Shown here piece by piece: positions 1-8,711 of a stretch of DNA of 64,000 bases. Every line of letters begins with the position of its first letter. Positions within the stretch are counted from its first letter, which is position 1. Below the pieces are notes generated by a model, which saw only the letters and a program-made list of their open reading frames with translations, was not told where the DNA came from and did not search any database. This DNA is from Alphaproteobacteria bacterium (GTDB lineage Bacteria > Pseudomonadota > Alphaproteobacteria > Bin95): contig CBDBGH010000003.1 in NCBI GenBank assembly GCA_965205265.1, positions 3,840,001 through 3,904,000 of the forward strand, in the 5' to 3' direction. The position numbers and the translations under genes are program-made.

Positions 1-410
1 TCCACCAGGATGACCGGCTTGCGGTGCAGGTCGAGGCTGATCCAGGACAGCGCCTCGGCAACCTCGTCCAGCGTGCCGATGCCGCCGGGCAGGACGAGGA
101 AGGCGTCGGAGCGGGCATGCATTTCCGCCTTGCGTTCGTGCATGGACGGGGTCACCACAAGTTCCGTCAGGCCGGAATGCATCACCTCCCGCTCATGCAG
201 GAATTCGGGGATGACGCCTATGACCTCGCCGCCGGCCTCCAGCGCGGCGTCGGCGAGCACGCCCATCAGGCCCACATGGCCGCCGCCATAGACGGTGCGC
301 ATGCCTGCCCTTGCGATAAGCCGCCCGGTCTCCGCCGCAAGCGCGCGGCGCGCCGGCCCGTCCCCGACCCGGGAGCCGCAGAACACGCAGACGCTCTCGA
401 TCTTCGCCAT
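1..410 (-). CDS. LOG family (TIGR00730) nucleotide phosphoribohydrolase, 3' end outside window
   Basis: Read from the reverse strand, ATG at 410: MAKIESVCVFCGS...VYGGGHVGLMG...MHERK...PGGIGTLDE (PGGxGTxxE LOG motif). Not in the supplied ORF track because it runs off the window. Confidence 0.9.
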   Translation of the reverse strand, partial: MAKIESVCVFCGSRVGDGPARRALAAETGRLIARAGMRTVYGGGHVGLMGVLADAALEAGGEVIGVIPEFLHEREVMHSGLTELVVTPSMHERKAEMHARSDAFLVLPGGIGTLDEVAEALSWISLDLHRKPVILV

Positions 411-467
411 GTCGAACCTTTCTTCGGCGGGTAGCACAGTTTATGTTGCCATCGTAACGAAACGGCA

Positions 468-2708
468 GTGTTCGTGGCCCGTATTATTCCCATAGCCCTT
501 GTCGGCCTTGCGCTGGTTCTCTATGCCTTGTGGCGGGGTGCCTATCCCGACCTGTTCGAGGAGACGGAGACGGCGCCGCCGGCGCAGACCGCCGCAGCGC
601 CCGAGAGGGCCCCGTCCGCGGAGGCGCCGGGCGCGTCGGAGACGCCTGCCGCCGCCCCCGCTGCGGCGCCCGACAGGCTGCCGGAGAAACCGCAACTCGA
701 CGTCGTGCGCATAAACGAGGACGGCGATACCGTGATCGCCGGCAAGGCCGAGCCCGGCGCATCGGTCACCATCGCCACCCAGGACGGACCTCTCGCGACG
801 GTGAAGGCCGACGAGCGGGGCAAGTGGGTTGCGCTTCCCGAAAAGCCGCTGCCCGCGGGCGACCACGCCGTGACGATCGAATCGACCGGAAAGAACGGCG
901 AGACGGAAGTGGGCGACAAGACGATCGTCGTCTCGATCCCGGAGGGGACGGGCGGCAAGCCGCTCGTGGTCGCCGTGCCGACGAGGGATTTCGGCGCCAG
1001 CGAGGTTATCCAGCGGCCCGAAAGCCCCCCCGGCGCAGAGACGACGGCCGGGATCGGGCAAGAGCCTCCGGAGGGCGCGCCGGCCGAAAAGCCGGTCGTC
1101 GTGGCCGAGGCGCCGAAAGCGCCGGCGCAGCCGGCCGGGACCGGCGCTGCGGCGCCCGAACCGCAAGGGGAGGGGGCAACGGGCGAAGAAGCGGCGCAAG
1201 GCAGCGCAGCAGACAAGCCGGCCGTCGTGGCCGAAGCGCCCGCAACACCCGCCGGACAGGCCGCGCAATCGGATGAGGCCACCCCGCAGGACGGCGCCAC
1301 CGATCGGACGCCTTCGACGGTCGCGCAAGCCTCCGGGGCCGAGGGACAAAAGGTCCCGGCTGCCGGGGAGACCAAGGAACCGCGGGTCGCGGCCAAGGCT
1401 CCCGAACAGCCGACACCCGCAGCCGAAGAGTCCGCGACCCCGCCGGCACAGCAGATGGCTGCTGCCGACAAGACCGCTCCGGCCGCCCGGAAGGATGAGG
1501 AAACGCCGGTAGCGGCCAAGGCCCCCGAACAGCCGAAACCCGCAGCCGAAGACTCCGCGGCCCCGCCGGCGCAGCAGATGGCTGCTGCCGACAAGACCGC
1601 TCCGGCCGCCCGGAAGGATGAGGAAACGCCGGTAGCGGCCAAGGCTCCCGAACAGCCGAAACCAGCGGCCGAAGAGTCCGCGGCCCCGCCGGCGCAGCAG
1701 GTGGCTGCTGCCGACAAGACCGCTCCGGCCGCCCGGAAGGATGAGGAAACGCCGGTAGCGGCCAAGGCCCCCGAACAGCCGAAACCCGCAGCCGAAGACT
1801 CCGCGGCCCCGCCAGCACAGCAGAAGCAGGCGGCTGCCGACAAAGCTGATCCGGAAGCCGGGAAGGTGGAGGAAGCGCCGGTCGCGGCCGAGGCTCCCAG
1901 GATCGCGAAACCGGGTGCCGGAGGCCCTGCGACACCGTCTGCGCAGCAGCAGGCATCTGCCGACAAGGCCGCTCCGGCAGCCGGGAAGGATGGGGAAGCG
2001 CCGGTCGCGGCCGAGGCTTCCAGGATCGCGAAACCGGGTGTCGGAGGCTCTGCAACACCGTCTGCGCAGAAGCAGGCAGCTGCCGACAAGGCCGCTCCGG
2101 CAGCCGGGAAGGATGAGGAAGCGCCGGTCGCAGCCAAGGCCCCCGAGGCGCCGAAACCCGCCGGCGGAGAGACCGCGACGCCGACTGCGCAGCAGCAGGC
2201 CGCGGCCGGCGGCAAGCCGTCGCCGGGAGGCGTGTCCGTCGATTCGGTCGATTACGACGACAAGGGCAATCTGGCGCTTTCCGGAACGGCGAAGCCCGGC
2301 TCGACCGTCGAGCCGAAGATCGCCGGGGCGGAATCCGGCGTCGAATCGCTGGGCAAGGCCCGCGCGGACGAAAAAGGCGAGTGGCGCCTTCGCGTGGAGC
2401 GCGATGTCGCGCCCGGACGCTACGACCTCACGGTTGAGGAACGCGGCCCCGGGGGCGAACCGCGCTCGCGCATCCGCCTGCCCTTCGAGCGCGCGGACCC
2501 GATCACCGACTTCCCGCCGGGCGACATCGTGGTGGTGCAGCCGGGCAACAGCCTCTGGCGCATCGCGCGCAGGATCTACGGCCAGGGCGTGCGCTACACC
2601 GTCATCTACGCCGCCAACCGGGGGCAGATCGGCGATCCGGACCTGATCTTCCCCGGCCAGATCTTCTCGGTCCCGCAGGAAGACCGGGCCGCCCGCGCGC
2701 CGGGCTAG
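468..2708 (+). CDS. Membrane-anchored LysM peptidoglycan-binding protein with Ig-like domains and a long Pro/Ala/Glu repeat linker
   Basis: N-terminal TM helix; two Ig-like segments (DVVRINEDGDTVIAGKAEPG; SVDYDDKGNLALSGTAKPG); C-terminal LysM (VVQPGNSLWRIARRIYG...IYAANRGQIGDPDLIFPGQ). Confidence 0.88.
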   Translation: MFVARIIPIALVGLALVLYALWRGAYPDLFEETETAPPAQTAAAPERAPSAEAPGASETPAAAPAAAPDRLPEKPQLDVVRINEDGDTVIAGKAEPGASVTIATQDGPLATVKADERGKWVALPEKPLPAGDHAVTIESTGKNGETEVGDKTIVVSIPEGTGGKPLVVAVPTRDFGASEVIQRPESPPGAETTAGIGQEPPEGAPAEKPVVVAEAPKAPAQPAGTGAAAPEPQGEGATGEEAAQGSAADKPAVVAEAPATPAGQAAQSDEATPQDGATDRTPSTVAQASGAEGQKVPAAGETKEPRVAAKAPEQPTPAAEESATPPAQQMAAADKTAPAARKDEETPVAAKAPEQPKPAAEDSAAPPAQQMAAADKTAPAARKDEETPVAAKAPEQPKPAAEESAAPPAQQVAAADKTAPAARKDEETPVAAKAPEQPKPAAEDSAAPPAQQKQAAADKADPEAGKVEEAPVAAEAPRIAKPGAGGPATPSAQQQASADKAAPAAGKDGEAPVAAEASRIAKPGVGGSATPSAQKQAAADKAAPAAGKDEEAPVAAKAPEAPKPAGGETATPTAQQQAAAGGKPSPGGVSVDSVDYDDKGNLALSGTAKPGSTVEPKIAGAESGVESLGKARADEKGEWRLRVERDVAPGRYDLTVEERGPGGEPRSRIRLPFERADPITDFPPGDIVVVQPGNSLWRIARRIYGQGVRYTVIYAANRGQIGDPDLIFPGQIFSVPQEDRAARAPG
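1375..2200 (+). repeat. Coding tandem repeat, about 120-123 bp unit, 6-7 copies
   Basis: Near-identical units at about 1501, 1621 and 1741 encode EETPVAAKAPEQPKPAAE(D/E)SAAPPAQQMAAADKTAPAARKD; more diverged units flank them. Confidence 0.9.
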
Positions 2709-2974
2709 CCCGCATTTCTCACGAAGGTCATGGTCTGCGCGGCGCTGTCGGGCCGGCAGGGTAGGAGAGCTGCGCCGCGCGATGCGGGGCATCGGGCAAG
2801 CGGCTCGACGCACCATGCCGGCCCGACAGCGCCGCCCTCCGGGTCGCGCCCAGGCGTCCGCCCGCGGCGTCGCGGGCCTCGCCCGTAGCCCCGCTACGCT
2901 CTTCGGCCCGCTCCTTGCGGAGCGGACGCCTGGACGCGACGCAGGCCGCGACCTTCGTGAGAAAGGCGGGCTAG
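2705..2974. mobile_element. MITE (non-autonomous element) with terminal inverted repeats, flanked by CTAG
   Basis: ctagcccgcatttctcacgaaggtc (2705-2729) matches the reverse complement of 2950-2974 at 24/25 nt. Internal perfect 20-bp inverted repeat (2739-2758/2816-2835). No credible ORF. Confidence 0.8.
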
Positions 2975-2986
2975 AGCGGAATCCGA

Positions 2987-3553
2987 TCATGTTGCGGAGT
3001 ATCCTGCGGCGTTGAAGTAGTTTTTGCATTCTTGCGGTGAGAAGGTCTGGGAGATTTGTCCGATGGTGTTCCAGAGGCCGTCGACAGTTCTCTCGGCAGC
3101 TTTTCGTAGCCTTGCCTTGAGCTTTGCGAAGGCGAGTTCGATGGGATTGAAGTCAGGGCTGTAGGGCGGCAGGAAGAGGAGTTGCGCGCCGGCGTCCTCG
3201 ATCATCTTGCAAACCCTGGGTCCCTTGTGGCTTGAGAGGTTGTCCATGACGACGATATCGCCGGGCCTCAGTTCGGGGACGAGGACCACTTTGACGTAGG
3301 CCTCGAAGGCATCGCGGTCGATGGCGCCGGAGAGCACGAAGGGGGCAATCATGCCGCGCGGCGTGAGCCCGGCGACGAAGGTGGTTGTGTTCCAGTGTCC
3401 GTGAGGGACGGCCATGCGCAGACGTTTGCCGCGCGGGGCCCAGCCGTGGGTGCGGGCCATGTTGGTCTTGGCCCCTGTCTCATCGATGAACACCAGCCGG
3501 TCGGGGTCGAGGCCGGGCTGGCTGTCGCGCCAGGTGCGCCGTCGGCTCAGCAC
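2987..3553 (-). CDS. IS630 transposase, catalytic DDE part (ORFB, joined by -1 frameshift)
   Basis: FIDETG...VMDNLSSHK...LPPYSPDFNPIE motifs. Confidence 0.9.
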   Translation of the reverse strand: MLSRRRTWRDSQPGLDPDRLVFIDETGAKTNMARTHGWAPRGKRLRMAVPHGHWNTTTFVAGLTPRGMIAPFVLSGAIDRDAFEAYVKVVLVPELRPGDIVVMDNLSSHKGPRVCKMIEDAGAQLLFLPPYSPDFNPIELAFAKLKARLRKAAERTVDGLWNTIGQISQTFSPQECKNYFNAAGYSAT

Positions 3554-3963
3554 GTCCGGGCGATCCTGCTCCGCCGCCTGGCCGGTCTTTTTTTGCGCGT
3601 GATGGCGTGGCGCACGAGGAAGCGCTGTATCGCCCCGTAGCTGAAGGCGAGGCCCCGGTCCCCGAGAGCCGCGCGCAACTCCTCGATGGTCATGTCCCGC
3701 TTCTCCTCAAGAAGACCCAGGATCACATCGCGCTGCGCTTCGATCCGCCCCGAGCGACGGTCCCCGCCAAGCGCCTTCGGGCGCGCGTCTCCCTGTTCGC
3801 GCGCCAGCGCACGCCAGCGGCTCACGCTCGCCGCACTCACCCCAAAACGCGCACCAGCCGCTCTATGGCTCATGCCCGCACATACCGCCGACAGAACCCG
3901 ATTGCGAAGATCAAGGGAAAGCGCTTTCGACATCTCAGCCGGCCTCCTCATCCCGGCCGACAT
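3547..3963 (-). CDS. IS630 transposase, N-terminal HTH part (ORFA)
   Basis: MSKALSLDLRNRV...AARFGVS-type HTH; A7 run at TRKK (T7 at 3588-3594 on +). True start is probably the MSKAL Met. Confidence 0.88.
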   Translation of the reverse strand: MSAGMRRPAEMSKALSLDLRNRVLSAVCAGMSHRAAGARFGVSAASVSRWRALAREQGDARPKALGGDRRSGRIEAQRDVILGLLEEKRDMTIEELRAALGDRGLAFSYGAIQRFLVRHAITRKKRPARRRSRIARTC

Positions 3964-4024
3964 CTTGAATCACAAATCCTCCGCCCCGTGAATCCCCCTC
4001 GATTCAATCAGGTCAGATCATGCT

Positions 4025-4246
4025 CTAGGCGGCGGCGCGCTCCGCTTCGCGCTCCTCGTCGGGGTCGCGATAGGCCCGCTCGACATGGGCGGCGCAGTAG
4101 GAGTGCGGCGCGAGCGTCGGTTCGCCGCAATAGCGGAAGGTCTCCAGGTCCTGCGGATCGCCGAACGGCCACTGGCAGGTGCGGAAGGGAGACTGTTTGG
4201 CGTTTTCGAACAGGGAGCGCACGGAGGCACCGTTGGCAGCGGACAT
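4025..4246 (-). CDS. Small GcrA-family protein (C-terminal Cys/His domain only)
   Basis: TCQWPFGDP...FRYCG...YCAAHVERAY matches the GcrA C-terminal signature; no N-terminal HTH. Confidence 0.78.
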   Translation of the reverse strand: MSAANGASVRSLFENAKQSPFRTCQWPFGDPQDLETFRYCGEPTLAPHSYCAAHVERAYRDPDEEREAERAAA

Positions 4247-4265
4247 GGCTCATGTCTCCCGGTGG

Positions 4266-4300
4266 ATGTTGCGTTGCAGCGAAGAATGTTGCATTGCGGC
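4266..4300. promoter_or_regulatory. Tandem TGC-rich operator-like direct repeat (PhaR-box-like)
   Basis: atgttgcgttgcagc (4266-4280) and atgttgcattgcggc (4286-4300), 20 bp apart, just upstream of the GcrA-like gene. Confidence 0.45.
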
Positions 4301-4423
4301 ATTGCCGTCAAGCGGCTTTCTTTGCGCCCGCAATGCCGATGCGTCTGCGGCAGAATGGGGCGGCGTTTCGGGATTTCAAGGCCCGTCGCGGAAAAAAATT
4401 TTATCGGCTAGGCTCGCCGGGCC

Positions 4424-5659
4424 ATGCAGGAGCAGCCGCAATTGCCGGCCTGGCCGGGTCCGGGCCTGACCCGTGTGCCCTACGAGGTTTACCGCGACCC
4501 CGCCCTCTATGAAGCGGAGCAGGAGCGTCTGTTTCGCGGCCCGGCCTGGCATTTCCTGTGCATGGAGGCGGAACTGCCGGAGCCCGCCGCCTGGCGCACG
4601 ACGTTCGTCGGCGAGACGCCGGTCATCGTGAGCCGCGACGGCCGGGGGGCGCTGCATGCCTTCGAGAACCGCTGCGCCCATCGCGGCGCGCTGATCTGCC
4701 TCGGCGAAGGCGGGCGCGGGCGGCGCATCCAGTGCGTCTATCACGCCTGGAACTACGACCTCGAAGGCAATCTCCGGGGCGTCGCCTTCGAGGGCGGCAT
4801 AGACGGCGCGGGCGGCATGCCGGCGGGCTTCGACAAGGCCCGGCACGGGCCCCGCAAGCTGCGCGTCGGCGCATATTGCGGGCTGGTGTTCGGCACCTTC
4901 AGCCCGGACGCGGCCGGTCTCGAGGACTGGCTCGGGGCCGAAATCCGCGTCCGGCTCGCGCGCGTGCTGGGCAAGCCCGTGCGCCTGCTCGGCCGCCACC
5001 GCCAGATGCTGCCGAACAACTGGAAGCTCTATGCCGAGAATGTGCGGGACAGCTACCACGCAAGCCTGCTGCATTCCTTCTTCGCCACCTTCCGGCTGAA
5101 CCGGCTCTCGCAGGAGGGCGGCGTCGAGGTGGACGGGAGCGGCGGCCACCATGTCAGCTGGTCGCGCATGCTGACCGACCGCGCCAGTGACGACTACGAG
5201 AAGGGCGGCCTGCGGTCGCACAAGGAGGATTTCGCGCTTGCCGACCCGCGCCTGCTCGAGTGGCGGGACGAGTTCGACGACGGCGTCTCGCTCCAGATTC
5301 TGACCGTGTTCCCGACCTTCGTCGCGCAGCAGGTGCAGAACACGCTCGCCATACGCCACATCGTGCCGAAGGGCGTGGACCGCACGGAATTGCTCTGGAC
5401 CTATTACGGCTTCGGGGACGACGACCCCGAGCTCGCGGAACTGCGGCTCCTGCAGGCGAACCTCGTGGGGCCGGCGGGCTACATCTCCATGGAGGACGGC
5501 GCGGTGGGCGGCTTCGTGGCGCGCGGCGCGGCCGGCGCGGCGGGGCTTGCCAGCGTGGTCGAGATGGGCGGCGCCGGCATCGAAAGCCAGCGGGGCCGCG
5601 CGACCGAGACCTCGGTGCGCGGCTTCTGGAAGGCCTGGCGGGCGGTCATGGGGCTGTGA
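4424..5659 (+). CDS. Rieske aromatic ring-hydroxylating oxygenase alpha subunit (salicylate/anthranilate/terephthalate group)
   Basis: Rieske CAH...CVYH motif; NWKLYAEN..DSYHASLLH; SMEDG mononuclear iron ligands. Confidence 0.92.
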   Translation: MQEQPQLPAWPGPGLTRVPYEVYRDPALYEAEQERLFRGPAWHFLCMEAELPEPAAWRTTFVGETPVIVSRDGRGALHAFENRCAHRGALICLGEGGRGRRIQCVYHAWNYDLEGNLRGVAFEGGIDGAGGMPAGFDKARHGPRKLRVGAYCGLVFGTFSPDAAGLEDWLGAEIRVRLARVLGKPVRLLGRHRQMLPNNWKLYAENVRDSYHASLLHSFFATFRLNRLSQEGGVEVDGSGGHHVSWSRMLTDRASDDYEKGGLRSHKEDFALADPRLLEWRDEFDDGVSLQILTVFPTFVAQQVQNTLAIRHIVPKGVDRTELLWTYYGFGDDDPELAELRLLQANLVGPAGYISMEDGAVGGFVARGAAGAAGLASVVEMGGAGIESQRGRATETSVRGFWKAWRAVMGL

Positions 5660-6108
5660 GCGGCCTCCAGGACGCCGTGGACGGCCTGTTCGCGCGCTAC
5701 GCCATGGCCATAGACGACGACCGGCTGGAGGACTGGCTGGAACTGTTCGCGGAGGATTGCCGCTACCGCATCGCCGCGCGCGACAATGTGGAAGCCGGCC
5801 TGCCGGTCTCGGTGGTCTATGCCGACGGGCGCGCCATGCTGGCCGACCGGGTGGCGGCGCTGCGCCGCGCGAATGTCTTCGAGGCGCAGCGCTACCGCCA
5901 CGTCGTCGGCCGCGCGCTGGTGGAAGCGGGGCCGCCCGTCGCCGCGCGCGCCGGCTACCATGCGGCGCGCATCATGCGCGAGGGCGATCTCATGCTGTTC
6001 AGCACCGGCGAATACCGCGCCGTCTTCGACGAGGCGTTGCGCATAAGCGAGCTGACGGTCGTGTATGACAATGCCCGCATCGACACCCTGCTGGCGCTGC
6101 CGCTGTGA
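5656..6108 (+). CDS. Ring-hydroxylating oxygenase beta subunit
   Basis: GTG overlaps the alpha stop; YAMAIDDDRLEDWLELF...MLADRVAALRRANVFEAQRYRH...IDTLLALPL. Confidence 0.88.
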   Translation: MSGLQDAVDGLFARYAMAIDDDRLEDWLELFAEDCRYRIAARDNVEAGLPVSVVYADGRAMLADRVAALRRANVFEAQRYRHVVGRALVEAGPPVAARAGYHAARIMREGDLMLFSTGEYRAVFDEALRISELTVVYDNARIDTLLALPL

Positions 6109-6374
6109 CGGGCGCGAACGGGGCGCGGGACGAGCTGCTGGTCCGGGGCGCGCTGGCGCTCTGGGACGCGGAACCGGACGGGGTGACGGCAGCGCGGGAG
6201 GACTCGCCGCTCGGCCCCGTCTGGCGGGTGACCGGGCCGGACGGCCGGAGCCGCGTCCATCCCTCCGTCTCCGGCGCGCTCCGCCATCTGCGCGCGCTGG
6301 CCGCCCCGGAGCGCCGGGCGAGCCGGGTGCTGTTCATGCGCGCCGGCGAGGACGGTAGCGGGGAGCCGCAATGA
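6105..6374 (+). CDS. Hypothetical protein (89 aa)
   Basis: Translationally coupled on both sides (GTGA/ATGA overlaps); no recognised motif. Confidence 0.65.
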   Translation: MTGANGARDELLVRGALALWDAEPDGVTAAREDSPLGPVWRVTGPDGRSRVHPSVSGALRHLRALAAPERRASRVLFMRAGEDGSGEPQ

Positions 6375-7288
6375 GCCGCGTCATTGCCATTACGGGCTTT
6401 CTCGGCTCCGGCAAGACGACCCTGCTGAAGGCGCTGCTCGCCCATGAGGCGCTGGCGGGCGACGGCGTCATCGTCAACGAGTTCGGCGATGTCGGCATCG
6501 ACCATGCGCTGCTGGAAGCGGGCGAGGAGGAGCTGGTGGAGCTCGGCTCGGGGTGCCTCTGCTGCGCGGCGCGGGGCGACATTCCGACCGCCGCCGCCCG
6601 CCTGCAGGCGCAGCGGCCCTGCGCGCGCATCTGGCTGGAGACGAGCGGCCTCGCCGACCCCGCGCCCATCCTCCAGACGCTGATCGCCGCATACGGCCTG
6701 GAAGCGGGCGGCCTTGCCACCACGGTGGACGCGGTGAACGGCGCGGAGACCCTGGAGCACTATCCCGAGGCGGTGAAGCAGGCGGCGCTGGCGGACCTGC
6801 TGATCGTCACCAAACGCGACCTCGCCCCGGCGCAGGACCTCGAAGCCCGCCTCCGCCAACTCAACCCCGGCGCGGAGATCGTGGAAGCCAGCTTCGGCGC
6901 GCTCGACCCCGCCCGCCTGCTCGCCATCGAGCCCCGGCTCGACGCGCCGGACGGCCACGACCACGCCGCCGGCATCTCGACCTTCACGCTCCGGCGCGCG
7001 GAGCCCGTCCCGGCCGTGGCGCTCACCCTCTTCCTGGAGACGCTGGCGGACGCGGCGGGCCCGGACCTGCTGCGCCTCAAGGGGCTGGTCAGGATCGCCG
7101 AGGCGCCGGAGCGGCCGGTCGTGGTGCATGGCGTGCAGCATGTCTTCCATCCGCTGGAGCGGCTCGCCCGCTGGCCGGACGCCGACACCTCGACAAGACT
7201 GGTCGTCATCGGGCGCGGCATAAGGCAGGATTGGGCGGAGGCGCTCATGGCGGCGCTTATCGAGGAGGTGGAGCGATGTTCGACCTGA
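6371..7288 (+). CDS. COG0523/CobW-family metallochaperone GTPase
   Basis: GFLGSGKTT, NEFG, GCLCC, ETSG and TKRD motifs; CobW_C segment LLRLKG...HGVQH. Confidence 0.92.
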   Translation: MSRVIAITGFLGSGKTTLLKALLAHEALAGDGVIVNEFGDVGIDHALLEAGEEELVELGSGCLCCAARGDIPTAAARLQAQRPCARIWLETSGLADPAPILQTLIAAYGLEAGGLATTVDAVNGAETLEHYPEAVKQAALADLLIVTKRDLAPAQDLEARLRQLNPGAEIVEASFGALDPARLLAIEPRLDAPDGHDHAAGISTFTLRRAEPVPAVALTLFLETLADAAGPDLLRLKGLVRIAEAPERPVVVHGVQHVFHPLERLARWPDADTSTRLVVIGRGIRQDWAEALMAALIEEVERCST

Positions 7289-8700
7289 TCCTGCGCAGCG
7301 ACCGGGTGGTGACGCCCCAAGGCGTCGGCGCGCATGATGTGGCGGTCTCGGGCCAGCGCATCGCGGCCGTGGCGGAACGCGGCGCCATCCCGGACGACTC
7401 GGCCGCGCGCGTGGTGGACGCGACCGGGCGGATCGTCCTGCCGGGCGGCATCGACCCGCATGTGCATTGCCTCTGGCACCTGCCGCTGCCCGACGGCACG
7501 GCGATGCTGACCGACCCGCCCGCGGTGGTGAGCCGCGCCGCGCTCCACGGCGGCACCACCACAATGATCGACTTCGCCGCCCGCCAGGAGCCGCTGCCGC
7601 TGAAGGAGGTGATCGCGCGGCGCGACGCCGACTGGGAGGGCGCCTGCTACTGCGACTACGCCTACCATGTGATGCTGCTCGGCGACATTCCCCCGGAGAC
7701 GGTCTCCGAGCTGGAGGGGGTCATCGCCGACGGCTATCCGACCGTGAAGATCTTCACCACCGACATCACGCCCTCGCGCCGCGGGCGGATGGTGCATTTC
7801 GGCGACATCTGGGAGGTCTTCAAGGCGATCACGCGCGCAGGCGGCCTCGGCGTCATCCATGCCGAGGACAACGACATCGTCATGCACATGTACGAGACGC
7901 TGATCCGCGAGGGCCGGACCGGCTTCGAGAACATGGCGGAAGTCCACAACGCGCTCTCGGAGGACCTCTCCTTCCGCCGCGTGCTGAGGCTGGCGGAAGC
8001 GGAGGGCACGCCGCTCTACATGATGCATGTGAGCGCCGCGACGGGCGTGCAGGCGATCCGCGAGGCCCGCGCGAAGGGCTGCCCGATCTACGGCGAGACA
8101 CTGCATCAATACATGCTCTACACCAGCGACGACTACCGGCGGCCCAACGGCCAGATCTACCACACCTATCCCTCGCTCAAGTCGCCGGCGGACCAGGCGG
8201 CGCTCTGGGCCGGCACGCTCGACGGCGCGATCAATTGCGTCGCCACGGACGAGATCTGCTGCACGCTCAAGGTCAAGACCATCGGCAACCGCATCGACGA
8301 CACCACGGGCGGCAATGCCGGCGTCGAGCCGCGCATGGGCGTGATGTATGACGAGATGGTGACGAAGCGCGGCTACAGCCTGGAGCGCTACACCGACCTC
8401 GTCTCGACCAACGCCGCGAAGATCATGGGGCTCTGGCCGCAGAAGGGCGCGCTCGCCCCCGGCTCCGACGCCGACATCTGCGTGCTCGACCCCGAAGCGC
8501 GCGGCACGGTCCGCGCCGAAGACCTCCACGAAGCCGACTACACCCCCTGGGAAGGCCACGCCATAACCGGCTGGCCCGCCATGACAATCCTGCGCGGCAA
8601 GGTGGTAGTCGAGGACGGCGCGTTCCTGGGCGACCCGGCGGACGGGAAGTATCTCAAGCGCGCGGTGCCGGAGGCGGTTAGGGCGGGGCCGGGGGTTTGA
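7276..8700 (+). CDS. Dihydropyrimidinase/hydantoinase-like cyclic amidohydrolase
   Basis: ATG at 7276 after GGAGG; [39 protein letters not shown]. Confidence 0.88.
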   Translation: MFDLILRSDRVVTPQGVGAHDVAVSGQRIAAVAERGAIPDDSAARVVDATGRIVLPGGIDPHVHCLWHLPLPDGTAMLTDPPAVVSRAALHGGTTTMIDFAARQEPLPLKEVIARRDADWEGACYCDYAYHVMLLGDIPPETVSELEGVIADGYPTVKIFTTDITPSRRGRMVHFGDIWEVFKAITRAGGLGVIHAEDNDIVMHMYETLIREGRTGFENMAEVHNALSEDLSFRRVLRLAEAEGTPLYMMHVSAATGVQAIREARAKGCPIYGETLHQYMLYTSDDYRRPNGQIYHTYPSLKSPADQAALWAGTLDGAINCVATDEICCTLKVKTIGNRIDDTTGGNAGVEPRMGVMYDEMVTKRGYSLERYTDLVSTNAAKIMGLWPQKGALAPGSDADICVLDPEARGTVRAEDLHEADYTPWEGHAITGWPAMTILRGKVVVEDGAFLGDPADGKYLKRAVPEAVRAGPGV

Positions 8701-8711
8701 GGGGGGACGCC

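Larger units (their letters stand above)
2972..4027 (-). mobile_element. IS630-family insertion sequence
   Basis: Imperfect terminal IRs TAGAGCGGAATCCGATC / TAGAGCATGATCTGACC, TA at both ends (within CTAG), and a two-ORF DDE transposase. Confidence 0.92.

Noticed and set aside
1375-2200. Regular repeats considered as a CRISPR array
   Set aside because: Contiguous in-frame coding repeats with no unique spacers and no cas genes.
441-3029. 862-aa and 557-aa antisense ORFs over the LysM gene
   Set aside because: Shadow ORFs of a GC-rich repetitive gene; Arg/Gly- or Ala/Ser-rich with no motifs.
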